Source: Raillietiella orientalis (lineage: Eukaryota). Taken from it: 64,000 nt of DNA. Numbering within the stretch: position 1 is the first letter of the stretch; every line of letters starts with the position of its first letter. The stretch lies in the NCBI GenBank assembly GCA_036172245.1, contig JAYWIR010000044.1, positions 248,001-312,000 on the forward strand, in the 5' to 3' direction. The notes below the pieces were generated by a model. The model saw only the letters and a list, made by a program, of their open reading frames with translations, was not told the DNA's origin and did not search any database. This document shows positions 49,446-61,720 of the stretch, one piece after another. The position numbers and the translations under genes are program-made.

Positions 49446-52179
49446 GCACCCTTCTTGCCATCCACCGGTTTCAGGATATGTTCAGCTCTGAGCGACCAAA
49501 GACGATGACAGACTTACCTCAGCCTCCATGAGGATGAGTCCCCAGCAAGAACTCCGTCGCCCGGAAGTCTCTGGGTCGCCGAAAAAAGCAATTAGAGGTC
49601 CTCCCACATCGCCTACAGCCACCTCCGTTTCGCTGCTGAGACCTCTTCTAGGAACCCTTCCTCGATCCCCCAGACTCCACGGGTGGAAACCTGCCCAAGG
49701 GCGCCGTGTCTGCGGCTGTCCGTGCGTTCTCGGTAAGTCCGAAAAGGGAAAGCGGAAGGCCACACAGAGGGAATCTAGGCATTGCTTCCTGGGATGCTCA
49801 GCCCGGGAGGCCGCAAGGGAAAGCGAGATTTTTTTTCCTCTCGGGTGACGCGCGCTCCCGTTCCCTCTCAAGGCGCCCTCTGCAGACGCACGGAAGATGA
49901 TTAAAACTCTCACGTCGAGTGTGCATCTCCGAATCAAATATGCAGCTTCTAATTTGTTTCTCCCCCAACTCCCATCTGTCCCAGATCGGAGGCAACGCGG
50001 AAGACAGGTGATGGAACGACAGCGTCGCTGCTCCCCTCAATAAGCGGCTGTTCCCGGCATTCCCGCGTTGACGCCGGCAATGTGTGCTGCAAGCCGAGGA
50101 GGCTGTGACAGCTCGACGGCCGGCGGCTTCTCCCTGCACAGAAGAAAGAACTCACCGTCAAAATTCAAAAGTTCACGAGAGGCTGCAGCTTTCATCTTCG
50201 CCTGCAGCTCATGGAATTTTTGATAAAGAACCAGCCTCCGCCGCTCTGAAGGAGAACGGGAGAAGAGAGGGAAAGAAAGAAAGAAAGGGGAGAAAAAAAG
50301 AGGGAATGCCAGTAGCTGCAGATTCGACTTCCTGCTTTCGGGGGGCGTCCCGTCTCTGCCGTCGGTGAGCGAACGCGGAGGAGCGCTCCAAATCCTCGTA
50401 GCTCGTCTCCCGAGCTCGCGCATGCTTCCCGAACCAACTGACTTTCGGAGGGAGGGAGGTAGCGTAGGTCCTTCAGCTGAGAGAACACCCTGCGGAACAC
50501 CGGAGAGTCCTCCGGTGTTCCGCCGGATGAAACTCCCCATCTGCCGCGGAACGGAGGTGTTTCAGAGTAGCTTTAGACCAACGCGCACGCGTACCTCGAC
50601 CTCGAATCTTCTCAGGGGCCGTTCCTTAGTTCGGGCCGAGCCCGCTCGTGCGAGCCGCGGCGCTGCGCGAGGCTGAAGCGTTGTCGAAAGGCTACTTTTC
50701 GGAGAGCGAGTGCACCGCCAGGTTTGGAACCCGCGGCCCTCCTCTTGCCACTAGGAGCGGGTCGTTGGCTGAGACTCGATCCCGTAGGATCAGGCGCGGT
50801 CGTTCGGGAAGCGACCTGGCAAGCGAGTCCGGTAGACGTCCTAGCTGACGCTGGATGCTGGAAGACGCCGCCACCTTGCTGACAGGGGGTCAGGACGGAC
50901 TGTGACACAAAGATCCTGGACACCTTTATTCTACGTAGTCCGCTACGTCGCATCTGTAAGCAGACGAGTGGTTCGCGGGTGTTCTCGATACCTAGAGGCC
51001 TTGCGCTTGGGACCCCAATGGCCACTCGATGACCCAACAGCAGTTGTGCTCTCGGAGGCCTTCTGAGAGCGGAAGACCTCCGAGATTTCGTCCCCATCCT
51101 GCCAGAGGGGAGAAAGTCGAAAACTCTTCGACCGCCGCTTTGCCACGAGGAGATGCTGCGAGAGATTGCCCGACCCGCAGCCAGTCGGATGCAGCTCGAC
51201 CGGGCGGCGAAAGCAGCTGAGTAATGCGCAGAGAAAGGGAGTCCCTGAACAAGAATTTCCGAAACCAGAGGAGGTCAGCAGGAATGCCGAGTGACCGACA
51301 GAAACCCTATTCTTGCGCTCTTCCGGACTCTGTTTCCTTTATCCGCGGCGGTCCAGGCAGGGCTTTCCTGACTCTTGGTCTCGAAGACCATCCTGCTCTG
51401 ACCTCGGGAAATTCCCTTGCACAGACGCAGGTCATCGGTGGCGGGAACCATCAGAGTCTGTCCTCCGTGGGTCTGCCTCTATTCTGCACGCTACTGTCGG
51501 CTGTGCCGAGAGAATGGAGTAGAATTGGCGTCGACGGTCTCTGGAAAGTGTTCCCCTCACTCCAAACACTTCCAGAGCTCTCGAAGGCTCCATCTCTGAG
51601 GAAACCGCCAATCACTCATCAGGGAAACTGAGCTCAAATGCCTGCTCCTCCAAATCCCGGTGCCTCCGGCGCGCAGGTCTGTGCCTTCAAGGGTGCCACT
51701 TGACGGTAGTGTCAGGAAACCGTCCCCTCAAACCAATGACTCTGTGCAGCTCGAATGGAAAACACGAAGGCGTCCAGGTCGAAGTTCGCCCTCAAGCAGA
51801 GACAGTCGGAAAATCTGCGCGGTTTCCCGTTCCCAGCGGGAGTTCTGTCCCACGGGATCACGATGGGATTGCAAGCATCGGCGGAAGAGTTCGTTTCGGC
51901 TTGCAAAATCGATGACGCATGTGTTCCGCGGAACATCCTGATGGATCTCTCCGTGTTGTGCCATTTTGTGTTCCACGGGGCGGACTGCACGTCTTCAAGT
52001 CGGTTCCGGATACTAGCCGCTTCCAGGCCATCGTTCGTGATAGGGTCTTCTTGATCCGTGCTGCCATCTCGTTTAGCCTTGCCGAGATGGCAGCCCGTGA
52101 GAGGTCCCCGCCCGCATCCAGTAACGAGGCAGGGGAAGAAGTTTCAAAAGTCCCGTGCCGAAGACACCCTGAAACCAGA

Positions 52180-52570
52180 GGACGGCAACAGGAGTACCAC
52201 GAAACTGAAAGAATTTTTCGACATCTTTGACCTTTCCTTCGATCTCTACAGATTCCTCTTGGGCTTATGAGAGACCCATGTGCGAAGGTGGGTCTTGGGA
52301 TACTCCTGACGCATCCAGAAGTGCTTTAGAGAGAAAAAAACTCAAATTTGAAGATGCCGCCTCCTCTCCTGACGGAGGATGTCCAGACGACCCTTCGAGC
52401 CAGAGGAGTTGGCTTTTCTACAGTCCCGAGATGCTTCGGGCATCCAACACGGCCGCGATGTATGCTGCACCCGCAGATTGGGGCGGCATCCGACAGAGGA
52501 AACGCGCGCAACATCGACGTCCAAGAAGAGCTGGCAACATCGATGACTTTCCCAAAGGACTTGTTTGGCC
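52180..52570 (+). mobile_element. Unidentified coding repeat family B copy
   Basis: gaatttttcgac.tct..gacctttccttcgat.t.tacagattcctct is shared with about 49375-49425(-). Reads EFFDIFDLSFDLYRF/SWAYER...NIDVQEELA. Confidence 0.65.
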
Positions 52571-55408
52571 GGGGTGAACTCTCCGTCGTTCTACCTGGAG
52601 AGCTCAGCGGTAGTGGCGGGCAGCTCGCTGTCCCCAGCCCCCCCCGCCTCAGGTTACTGCCGCCAGCGCTTCTGAATGTCGCATCTGCTTTCCTTGCAAT
52701 TAGCGCCGCCGGCGCTGGACCAGGAGGCGTGTGGCGCCGGACAGAGCCAGGTTCGGGGTTGTGGGGCCACTCTCACACCTGCTAGTGAACCGAGTTGCCC
52801 TACGGGCATCGTGAGGGCCTTCCACCTCCGTGGACAGCCCCAGTCTGGCTGTGGAGGACCTCTTTAAGAGGAGCTGCCACGCTGGCTGCTCCCCGCGGTT
52901 GCAGAGCTCTGCTGCCTGCGCGGTGTTGTCGCTGCGAGTTGCGAGAAGGCGCCAAAAGAGAAAGACACGGCAGGGGTCCCGCAGGACGAGCGGGACTGGC
53001 CTACGCGGGATGTGATCCCCTCCCTTGGGGCTTTCTTTTTGTTTCATTTTTCTCTCCCACTTCTCCCCTCCCCCCCGTGCTTCTTGTGGACTCCATCAAC
53101 AGCTCCCTCAAGGATTGCTGGACTCGAGGGACATGACCACTTTGTCGGTGCTCATTTTCTCTGTGGCTGGATGCCCCTATGCAACCGAGTGCGAGTCCAA
53201 GAAGAGCCTCGCGACGCGTGCGCGGACGGAAGATCCTTGGGAATGCTGCCATCACCCCACGACGCACAAGACGACACGCTGCTCGCCGTGCAATCCCCCC
53301 CTCCACTGAACCCATGAGCAGCGCTGGCGCAGTGACGTCAGGCTGCCCGCGGATGATGCTACGCGCCTTCGGCGCAACGGATCCGCGCAGTTCCGCGTAG
53401 GGAGCAGCTTGCACTGCCGGCACGCTGAGCCGCGCAGCTCTGCAGCAAAGAGGAACTGAAAACGTGGCCGTTGCCTCTCCCGGTGCGTCCACCTACCAGG
53501 CCCGCCCTCGCCAAAGAAGTTCCGGAATCCGCCGCTGCTGCCGGAGTAACCCCGCGCCTCCCGAAATGCACGAGCGGGTCGGAATCCCTGGTATGGAATA
53601 TTGACTACAGAACCTCTTGCTTAGCCCGGCTTCGGAATTCATTTCCCCAGCATCTTTCACCGGTGACATCTATTCATTTCAAGCAGGCCGGCATCCGCAG
53701 CCAGCGCGCTTTGGGATGAAAAATGAAGGCTGCCGGCACTCCGCGTTGTGTACTTTGTAACGAACTTTTTTTCCTTGCACTTATGGGTTCTCCTCGCGGA
53801 TACGCGGAAGAACTCGTTATTCTTAACAAATGACTGAACAAATGTTCCTTGCTCACTTAAGTATCCAATTTGGAATAACGACCTTCGTTACTGTCATCAG
53901 GATGAAGAGGGTAAAAAGCAGGGGCCTTATTCCGGGGGAAAATTCATAGGGAAGGTTCCTCCCTCTCGGAAACCATGAATTCCTGATAAGTGCGCTCTCG
54001 ACTAGGCAGCCTCGAGCTGCGGCGATGGGGGAGATCGGAAGAGGGGTGGGAGGGTACGGTTTTACCGGCGGCAGCGAAAGGACCTCCTCCGTCCTTGCTG
54101 CGGTCTGTGCGCGGCGCGAATTCCGTGCGAAGGAAAGCCTGAGGCACTCACTTCCCCGAAGTTCCCGCGCGAAGGTGCGACCTCCGATTCGTACGCGATC
54201 GAAACGAAAAAGCTGCGACTGCCCCCAACCCGGGGGCAGTTCGAAACAGAAAAGCCTCACCCCTGCTGACTTCCTATTGGTCGCACATCGACAGCATCCC
54301 GTTGGGTTTCGACTGACGATGCCAGGAGCGTGCCGAACACCAGCAGAGGTCGGCTGAGGCGAGGGGGACTTCCGGAGGCGTCTCCCGAATTGCCTGCGGC
54401 AAGGGCGGCACGCACCACCCAACGACCATCGCGGGTACGTCGGGGATCCTTCAGCTCTGTGGGGCATTTTCTCTCCACAGGGACCTCCGAGTCACACGGC
54501 TCCAATGCATTTTCCAGGTTCCATGTTGTAGTAGGGACTCAGTGATCCCGTAGGAAGGAGAACCGAGAAGGATACAATCCAGACAAAAACAACGAGACAG
54601 TCTGACAGCATCTCAACCAAAGTACCGGGATGCCTGCTGCACAAATTATGGAATTGAACGGCTACTTGACGCTTCCCCATAGGCAAGTCTGAAGACTCCG
54701 AAAAGGTCTTAAAGCATGCTGTGTAGCAGCAGCGGCGTAACTGCGGAAACCTCCCTGCCTCCTTAAAAGGCAATCCGCTCATCAACGGACCTCGCTCCTC
54801 AGTTCACTCTTCCATGTAATGGCCGTGTCAATGAAGTAGACGGAACAAGTCCATGCGGAAGGCGTGGCTGCTAAATGAGGCAACTATTTTTAAAAGTCTC
54901 TTGGAAGGCGGTCGCCGGTGCCGCCTCTGTCAGTCGGATGGGCAATTGAGCAAAGGTCGCATTCAAAGGGGTATCCGAAGGAGCCGCTTATTCAAAATCA
55001 GTGAACGAAAATTACAAAGTTAAGCCAGCCCACAGCCAGAGGGACCACCCATGATGGGGACGGAACTGAGGGAGGGACAATGAATAAATGAATGAATATG
55101 GACACGGTTCCCGATGTCCCGGAAGGCGAGTTCACCGATGCCGGGTCGATCACCCGGGGGCTCCTTCCACCTCGCCCCCCGGACTCCGCATTGCCTTTCG
55201 CACGTAGGTGATGGAGACCGCCAAAGGGCTCTCTGGGATGGCGGCCACACGCTTCCTCTCCATCTTCGGTGGTTACAGCTGCTCACAGGCGGCACATAGC
55301 TTCGCTGGAGGAGGGGCGGCCGGCCGGCGGAGATGCCAAAGATTTTTTCCAAGCCCTTTCCAAGTTACCAACTGAGTGTCACCTTGCTTGCTCCGGGCAA
55401 TCCTTTCT

Positions 55409-56056
55409 CATCCGGTTTCACCAGGGGATTTATTCAAAAAAAGGAACGAACCATCTGACACGCAGGTCGGACACTCCAAAAGTCCGGAACGGGAGGAAGA
55501 GGACAACAAATAGAATACAAAAATATGAAAGAGATATAAAGGGGGGTACAGATGACATGGGTCGTTTGTGTCCACCGTTCATTCTTTTCAGTACAGGCGG
55601 TGAATGCCGGCGATCTCCCTCTTCACTTCTTTTTTAAGATGGAGGCCACCAAGCAGCCGTCATCATGTTGACGTCTGTAATCCTGGTGACATCCGTTGGG
55701 GCCGCTCGCGACTCCAACACGTGCTGAACCATGACGACGGCGCGAACGCAACTGATCGTTGAGATGACCACTGAAAGCGAGAGGTCGCCATACGTGAAGA
55801 ACCGCCGAATCACAACTATGGAAGTGTCCTCTTGGGTGCAGGAGCGCTGAAGATCTCCGCCACAGTCCTTGGAGGGCTCTCCGACTGCGACCGCAGTCGG
55901 AGAGCGGGTGCGGGAGCGATTTCCACAGCTCGGGGAGGCAACTTCCCCGGAAACTGGATCGGCGCGCGGATTGCAATGGAATCCCCGATGTAACAGCAGA
56001 AGCACGTCCTGTTTCCGTCGAAGGGGGGACACAGAAATGTCCACGCATGAGGGACG
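55409..56056 (-). mobile_element. Family A copy 2
   Basis: KQDVLLLLHRGFHCNPR...TISCVRAVVMVQHVLESRAAPTDVTRITDVNMMTAAWW, plus a 3' non-coding tail matching 13300-13526. Confidence 0.8.
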
Positions 56057-57429
56057 GTGGTGGTGATAATGTCCGGAGGGTGCAGCTTCCACTGAGGGAT
56101 AGAGGAGACCTTGCCTCAATCGCTTCTGGAACGCAGAAGGCCGGATCGAAGCGCTTCGCAGGAGCACATCGACTTCCCGACGTCTCCCCGTGTCGGGGAG
56201 TCGACGGTCAGCGTCTTCCTAAGCAGATCTGGTTCACCTATTCCCATCGTGAATAATCCCTCTGGTTCCAGGCTTGCATGACTTGGTGAATTTCGTTTCC
56301 TTGTTCCGAACAAACGGCCTGGCAATCCGTGAAAAGAAGCTGCGAAGCCTCCGATTGCAACTCCATCTCATCTTCTGTTCTTGCGAAACCAACTGGCCAG
56401 CTCCTCATCCGAGGTCCAGAGGTGCTTCAAACATCCGCTACCCTTTCGCGAGCGGGGCAGCGGCGTCCCAAGAAGAGAAAAAAGGAAACGTCCAGAGACG
56501 ATTTTTTACTTGTCTTCCAACGAAACCGCAAGTCTCGGACCGAGCGTACTTGGCTGGTTTGCTCAGGACTCTGGTGCACGAAGGAATGCACCAAGGATGC
56601 CGCGAGTAGATCCCTGGAGCTCTTCCTGAGATGTTCCCTCCTCGCCCCACCGGAGGTTTCAGGCACGCATCGCGGCAACGCCAGATGTCCTTTCTGATGC
56701 ATCCCGACTCCTTCTTGGGAATTCCCAGCGCTTCTTCGGGATGCCGGAGATGCCACGCCGATGACTCTCATGGCGGCGGGCGCTTTTCGATAGATGGAGC
56801 GGAGAGCGCCGCTCCTCCCACGTCAGGTTCTTGCAGCACCGTTGGCAACCGTCCGTGAGGGCAGGCGACATCCAGTACGAGACCATGCTGCATTCTCCCT
56901 GGAGTGTGTCACCTGATTTTGACCTGGAGTTTGCTCCCATGATGCTCTTACTGGCTTCTATCAGCTCCAGATGCTTCCGGATGACGCGGTGGACCACCAG
57001 TCCATCATGCACCCCCCTCCCCAAACTGTGGCCTGGTTTCTTGACATACCTGTTAAGGAAAGGACCCGGGATCCCCTCTCAACCACCTAGTCTTCCACGC
57101 AGTCCATTGGTGCCTACCTAGAGGAGCAGGACGACCCCTGGACAGGAAGAAAGGTCAGCAGCACCACGCGGATGAATGCGCAGACCGCGAATCGAAGGTT
57201 CCCGCCGCTGCTGCGCGACGTGGGAAGCGGTGTTCCCTCCTTCCCACTGTTCTTCAGGAAGGAAGGACCAAGCGTCTGTGACGATTTTCTTTGTTCTGAG
57301 CACATGTCAAGCGTGTAGCCCACGAATGTGTGATCTCCGTTGCCGAGGCGTCTTGTCGGCCACCATCTCCACCGAATCGGGCCTGCGCGCCTAATCACCC
57401 TGCGTTGCCTCGGCAGCGAAGCGCTTCCA

Positions 57430-57920
57430 CCGTTGCCGCCGAGCTGCCCATGCAAGACGCGGGAATTTGGCTCCCCGCTGGGGCAACTGACCTCACTCCG
57501 CCGAGTACCCCCTCGGGACCTCTGCCTCCCGATGAAATCGAACTCCTGGAGGCAGGAGGCGTTTGCAATCCCTGCGCCAGACATTCCAGAACCTTCGTCG
57601 CAAAAAAACTTCGGCTCTTGCGTTCTCCTGAGGACGCCCTGCAGCACTCGAAAAAGTCTGTGCTCTTGTCCGCCATTGCTGCGCCGCTGTCTGCCCTCAG
57701 GGCAAGCAACCAGAGTTGCTAACAGGTGGAGTGGATACTTACCCTGAAAGAGCCAAGAAACGCCCGGACGGCCGGGAGGCGAACGAGCAATTGGTGAACG
57801 CCGCCACGCCTCGCTCCCCTCTTCATGGGAGCACCGAACTGCTTGGTGTGTCTCCCGAAGAACTCGTCTGGGTGCTATCCGGACGGAACTTAAGTTTCTG
57901 TAAGAGTTTCGTCCTGTAAG
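57430..57920 (+). mobile_element. Family A copy 3 (upstream part)
   Basis: IAAPLSALRASNQ...QLVNAATPRS...ELLGVSPEELV versus IAAALSALRANSQ...ELVDGATPRS...DLLGVPPEE at about 60000-60200. Confidence 0.65.
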
Positions 57921-59714
57921 GAGGGTCGGAATGTTGAAGATCAAAGGATTTTCTTCTTACGAGCTGGCAATACTGCTTTGGGATGCGACTCATGTGATGC
58001 TGAAAGAGAGGTAGGATTGGAGGGAGGGTGAAGTGACTTCACGGTCTGAATTAGATGGCGAAGACCTGGGTGCAGCCTATGGAGGATGGTTTGTAGTTCT
58101 TAAGCAAGGGGTATGATGGGTTGACGCGAGGCAGTTGGATCCTGCGATTATGTCGGGAGGGATGACGGGAAACGACTTGGCGCTCTTGCTGCCGCTTTAT
58201 CACTTGGAACGCAAAGGCGGAGCAACCAGAGAGCCATAGCACATGTGCGCCATGGCACGTTGGAGCTGGGAAACCAACTAGAACGAGTCAAACCATCTTT
58301 TAGGTCAAGAAAAATCTGAGGGTAGTGGCCTACGGATATCTAGGCAAACCATCATTACGATTATTTCCATCGGAGATCACCAAAAACAGATCATTTTGCC
58401 AAAGAGACCCTGGAATGGGTTTGAGGCTGCCCGAATAGCAACTCTCGGATGCCGCGGGATGCTTTCTTCCTGGCCTGCGGATGGCTCGGGAAGCTCAAAA
58501 AAGCGTAGTAAAGGAACGCATCGAACATGACGGAAAGAAGGCTGCTTGCGGGGGGGGGGGTGCCCCGACAAATCCCCTTCCTCCTCCCTTCCATAGAATC
58601 TATCGAACGCTAGCAGTTGGACCGAACTGCTAAGCTGTGCAGATGAGGCACTGTGAGACTCGTCCCGGGGGGACGTTTTGGTCGGTCATGGAAAAATAAT
58701 TGTGGTCACCGCCAACAATTATTTTTGAGGACGTTTGATGAAGACATCGGAAGGTTTCTGAATGATGTAGATTGGAAGGACTCTTACGGTAGCTTCTAAG
58801 GTTACAACCGTCCGCGTGCCTCCAGCAAGAGAGCAGGGCAGTGGAAGCTGTACGGAAACCTTCCTTCTCCGGACAGTCACCGAAACTGGGCAAAAAAAAT
58901 TCCTACTGTTCGAACCAGCGATTTCCAGACCGGCCACGGGTGAGGCGAAGGCAGCTGACGTCACCTTTTCTCCATGTGTTCCTGAATTCCCTACATTTCT
59001 CGTCCAGACTTCACAAATCTGTGGTTCCCGTGAGAGGCGCCAGGCGTTTCAAGCTGCTTCCTTGAAACTGCGTGCTGTCTCACGGAAAGGGATGGTACAG
59101 CCAGGGCGGCAAGCCGCAAGCTGCCGCCGTCCAGGCGGGCAGACCCGTGAGAAGAAGAAGAAGAAACGGCCTTCCAGCGAAAATGCTACCTGAGGCGACG
59201 GGACCAGACCTTTTGGGGCGAAGAGACCAATGTCTGAATTCAGCAGCGGATGCTGCTAGGATGGGATAAAAGTGCACGCAGATACGCAAGGCTGGAGCAC
59301 CTGCGTCGAAAGGTGTATGCTGCTTTCTTGTGCACCCATCTCTGGAGATTTTGGAGAGATCCATCCCCCGCGCACCCCACAACGGTGTCTTCGCAGAGAG
59401 CGACGTTGCAAGTCTCCTCTGCTCCGCTTTCCTCCTTGGTTGATCCCGGGCTTGTGGGCGCGCTCGCTTGTAGAAAACACTACTTTACTTTGCAGGAACA
59501 ATTAACCGGGAGTTTGGCTTTCGAGGCCTCCATATTCCCAAGGGCGAACATTAGGAAAACACGAATCTGTTGTTTTAGACTGATTGGATGTGTAAATCAA
59601 AAGGAAAACGCCTGACAGACAAAAGAGAGTATATGTACTTAACAAATCTACTGTGCGGAGCGATTGATTACTGCCCAAATAATCCAATAAGACGGCTGCG
59701 AAAACGCGGGCGAG

Positions 59715-60620
59715 TTGCTGTCGGCTTGTCCGGCGGGAAGCTTTTCCGGGGAGGATCCCACGGTCACGTGGCAGGCGGCTGGAGCGAAACGAAGCGAAAG
59801 TTCCACAGGTCCAACGAGCGCTCCGGCAACAAGAGCGCCCTTGGATCTCCTGCGGCCACCAGAACCGCGCGATGTCTGGCGGCAGGCGGCGATGGAGTCG
59901 TGGGTGGCCACTTTGGAAGTGCGCCCAGAGGAACTGCGACCTCTGCGGAATCTCCTATTCAAGCCGCTGAAAGATCTCCTGCAGCAGTGGACACAGTGGT
60001 CCCGGATAGCAGCAGCACTATCTGCCCTCAGGGCAAACAGCCAACCGACAGGGTGGGAGTTTTCCTGCAAAATGGCAGGAGTCGAGAAATTCCTCGACGG
60101 CTGCAAGACGAGCGAGTTGGTGGACGGCGCCACTCCTCGTTCACGGACGAAGGGACTTCTTCGATGGAGTGACCTGCTCGGCGTGCCCCCTGAAGAAGAT
60201 GCGGTCTGTCCCCTGCGTGCGGACGCCTCCGTGTTCCCACTGCAATGAAAAACGGGATGCTCTGCTGTTTCTACACTGGGGACTTTAGCGCAATCAGCGC
60301 AGGCTCATGCTTTCCGGGGGATCTGCCTCCCCTACTGTTCCAGGTGCGGGACCATGGAATCGTTCCCGCGCCTCGTGTTGGACTTCCTGGAGGACTAGTG
60401 GTGGAGACCAGCCTTAGCCATCCGCAGATTCCTTCCGCTTCCGAATTGCTGCGGAGCTTCTTCACGAAAGGCAGGCTGAAGATGGGGGTGCCGTGATCGC
60501 AGCGGTCTGTAGCATCCGCGCCATAGGGACAGCCCGCCATTTGCTGGAGTCTCGTTCGCAGCGAAAGGAGGCCTCATCAAGCCGCCATAGTTGACAGTCC
60601 AGAGTGACCGGGTACAAAAC
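59715..60620 (+). mobile_element. Family A copy 4
   Basis: PTGW...KTSELVDGAT...GLLRWSDLLGVPPEE...SVFPL, KRDALLFLHWG, SFFTKGRL and AVIAAVCSIRAIGTARHLLESR; colinear with 12600-13200. Confidence 0.75.
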
Positions 60621-60659
60621 AAGATCAGGAACATCTGCTAACCTATAAAGTCAACTGCC

Positions 60660-61720
60660 GAGTGCTCCTGAAGACGCCAATGGTCTTTACGACGTTTTGT
60701 CTTCTCACGAAACCTCTTGAGAGTAACTCGTTCCCTGCGTTCCACTCCGTGGTCCCTTGGATGGCCACTCTCAAGCGATGCCGCGATCACACTTTCAAAT
60801 CTGCATCCTCAGAGGAAACTGCGCGAAGGTTCGTGTTCCCACGAGGTGCAGTTCGTGGTGATCTGATTTTAGGTTTCTTATCCAGTGCCCTCGAAGGAGG
60901 CAACATGCCCAGGAGGTGCCAATATCTCGACTACAAACAAGCACGATACCAGAGTGGGTACACCCGTGAGTTCTTGCTCAGCCGTCACCTATCCGTCGCG
61001 ACCCACTCGGTCAGCTTTGCCACCACTTGAGAGCAAGGCCGCAAGGTAACTGGCGCGCCCAGAGTCCAGGAGTAGGTGAGGAATTCTATCGCCCGAAAGT
61101 CAAGAGTGCTATTTGCAACGATAATTTGGAGACTCCCTCTGCTCGTGCATTCAAGTGAAAGAGGATTTTCAGAGTCCCTTGCCTTTCTTTTGAGACACTG
61201 AAACGGAAAGGGATGGCCATATGTTGGAGAGAAAATCCACAAATGGATCGAAGCGCCCCGTGACTGTGGATCGCCCCAGCGACTTGTCCTTCTTCCTTAC
61301 CAACAGCGTCATCCCCACACGTGCAGTCGTTTGAAATTTCGTCGAATGGATTCACTCTTCAGCGCGCCTCAGCACTCTGCAGTTGTTTTGGCTGCTGCCG
61401 GTGCTCCGCACTTGCAGAACGCCAGTAGCAACCAGAACATATGGTTGTGATGAAGAACCGAGTCTGCTTCAGCATGCCTTCGGGTTATACCTAGATGTAT
61501 GGAACTGGAAGCGCGATTATCAGGTGCAGCCACAATGTATTTCAGCCGAGGACGCAATACAGTTCCAAGATTTCGTGTTCTTTGTGGATTTCAGGGAGAT
61601 TGCCTACTAAAGTGCGCAAAAGTGTCGACGACAGCGGCACATCCTGATTAGCTGACCGGATGGAGGTCCACATCGCTGGTGAAACAACCGGTAGCATAGC
61701 ATCGTACTGCGTACCACGCC
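60660..61720 (+). mobile_element. Decayed RTE-clade LINE (APE endonuclease end + RT start)
   Basis: NG..FC, W.S.DGH...RDH and VFPRGAVRGD (TWxSPDG..IDH..RGAD..SDH) at 60680-60870; FVFFVDFREIAY (FVDFxKAY) at about 61570-61610. Confidence 0.5.

Noticed and set aside
56274..56609. HExxH motif (LRTLVHEGMH, 56577-56591) suggesting a SprT-like protease
   Set aside because: A single short motif in a decayed region, not seen in the related-looking segment near 59 kb; it could be chance.
61325..61365. Hammerhead-like CTGAAGA-stem-GAAA on the minus strand (also CTGATGAG at about 629)
   Set aside because: Stems I and III and the NUH cleavage triplet cannot be formed.
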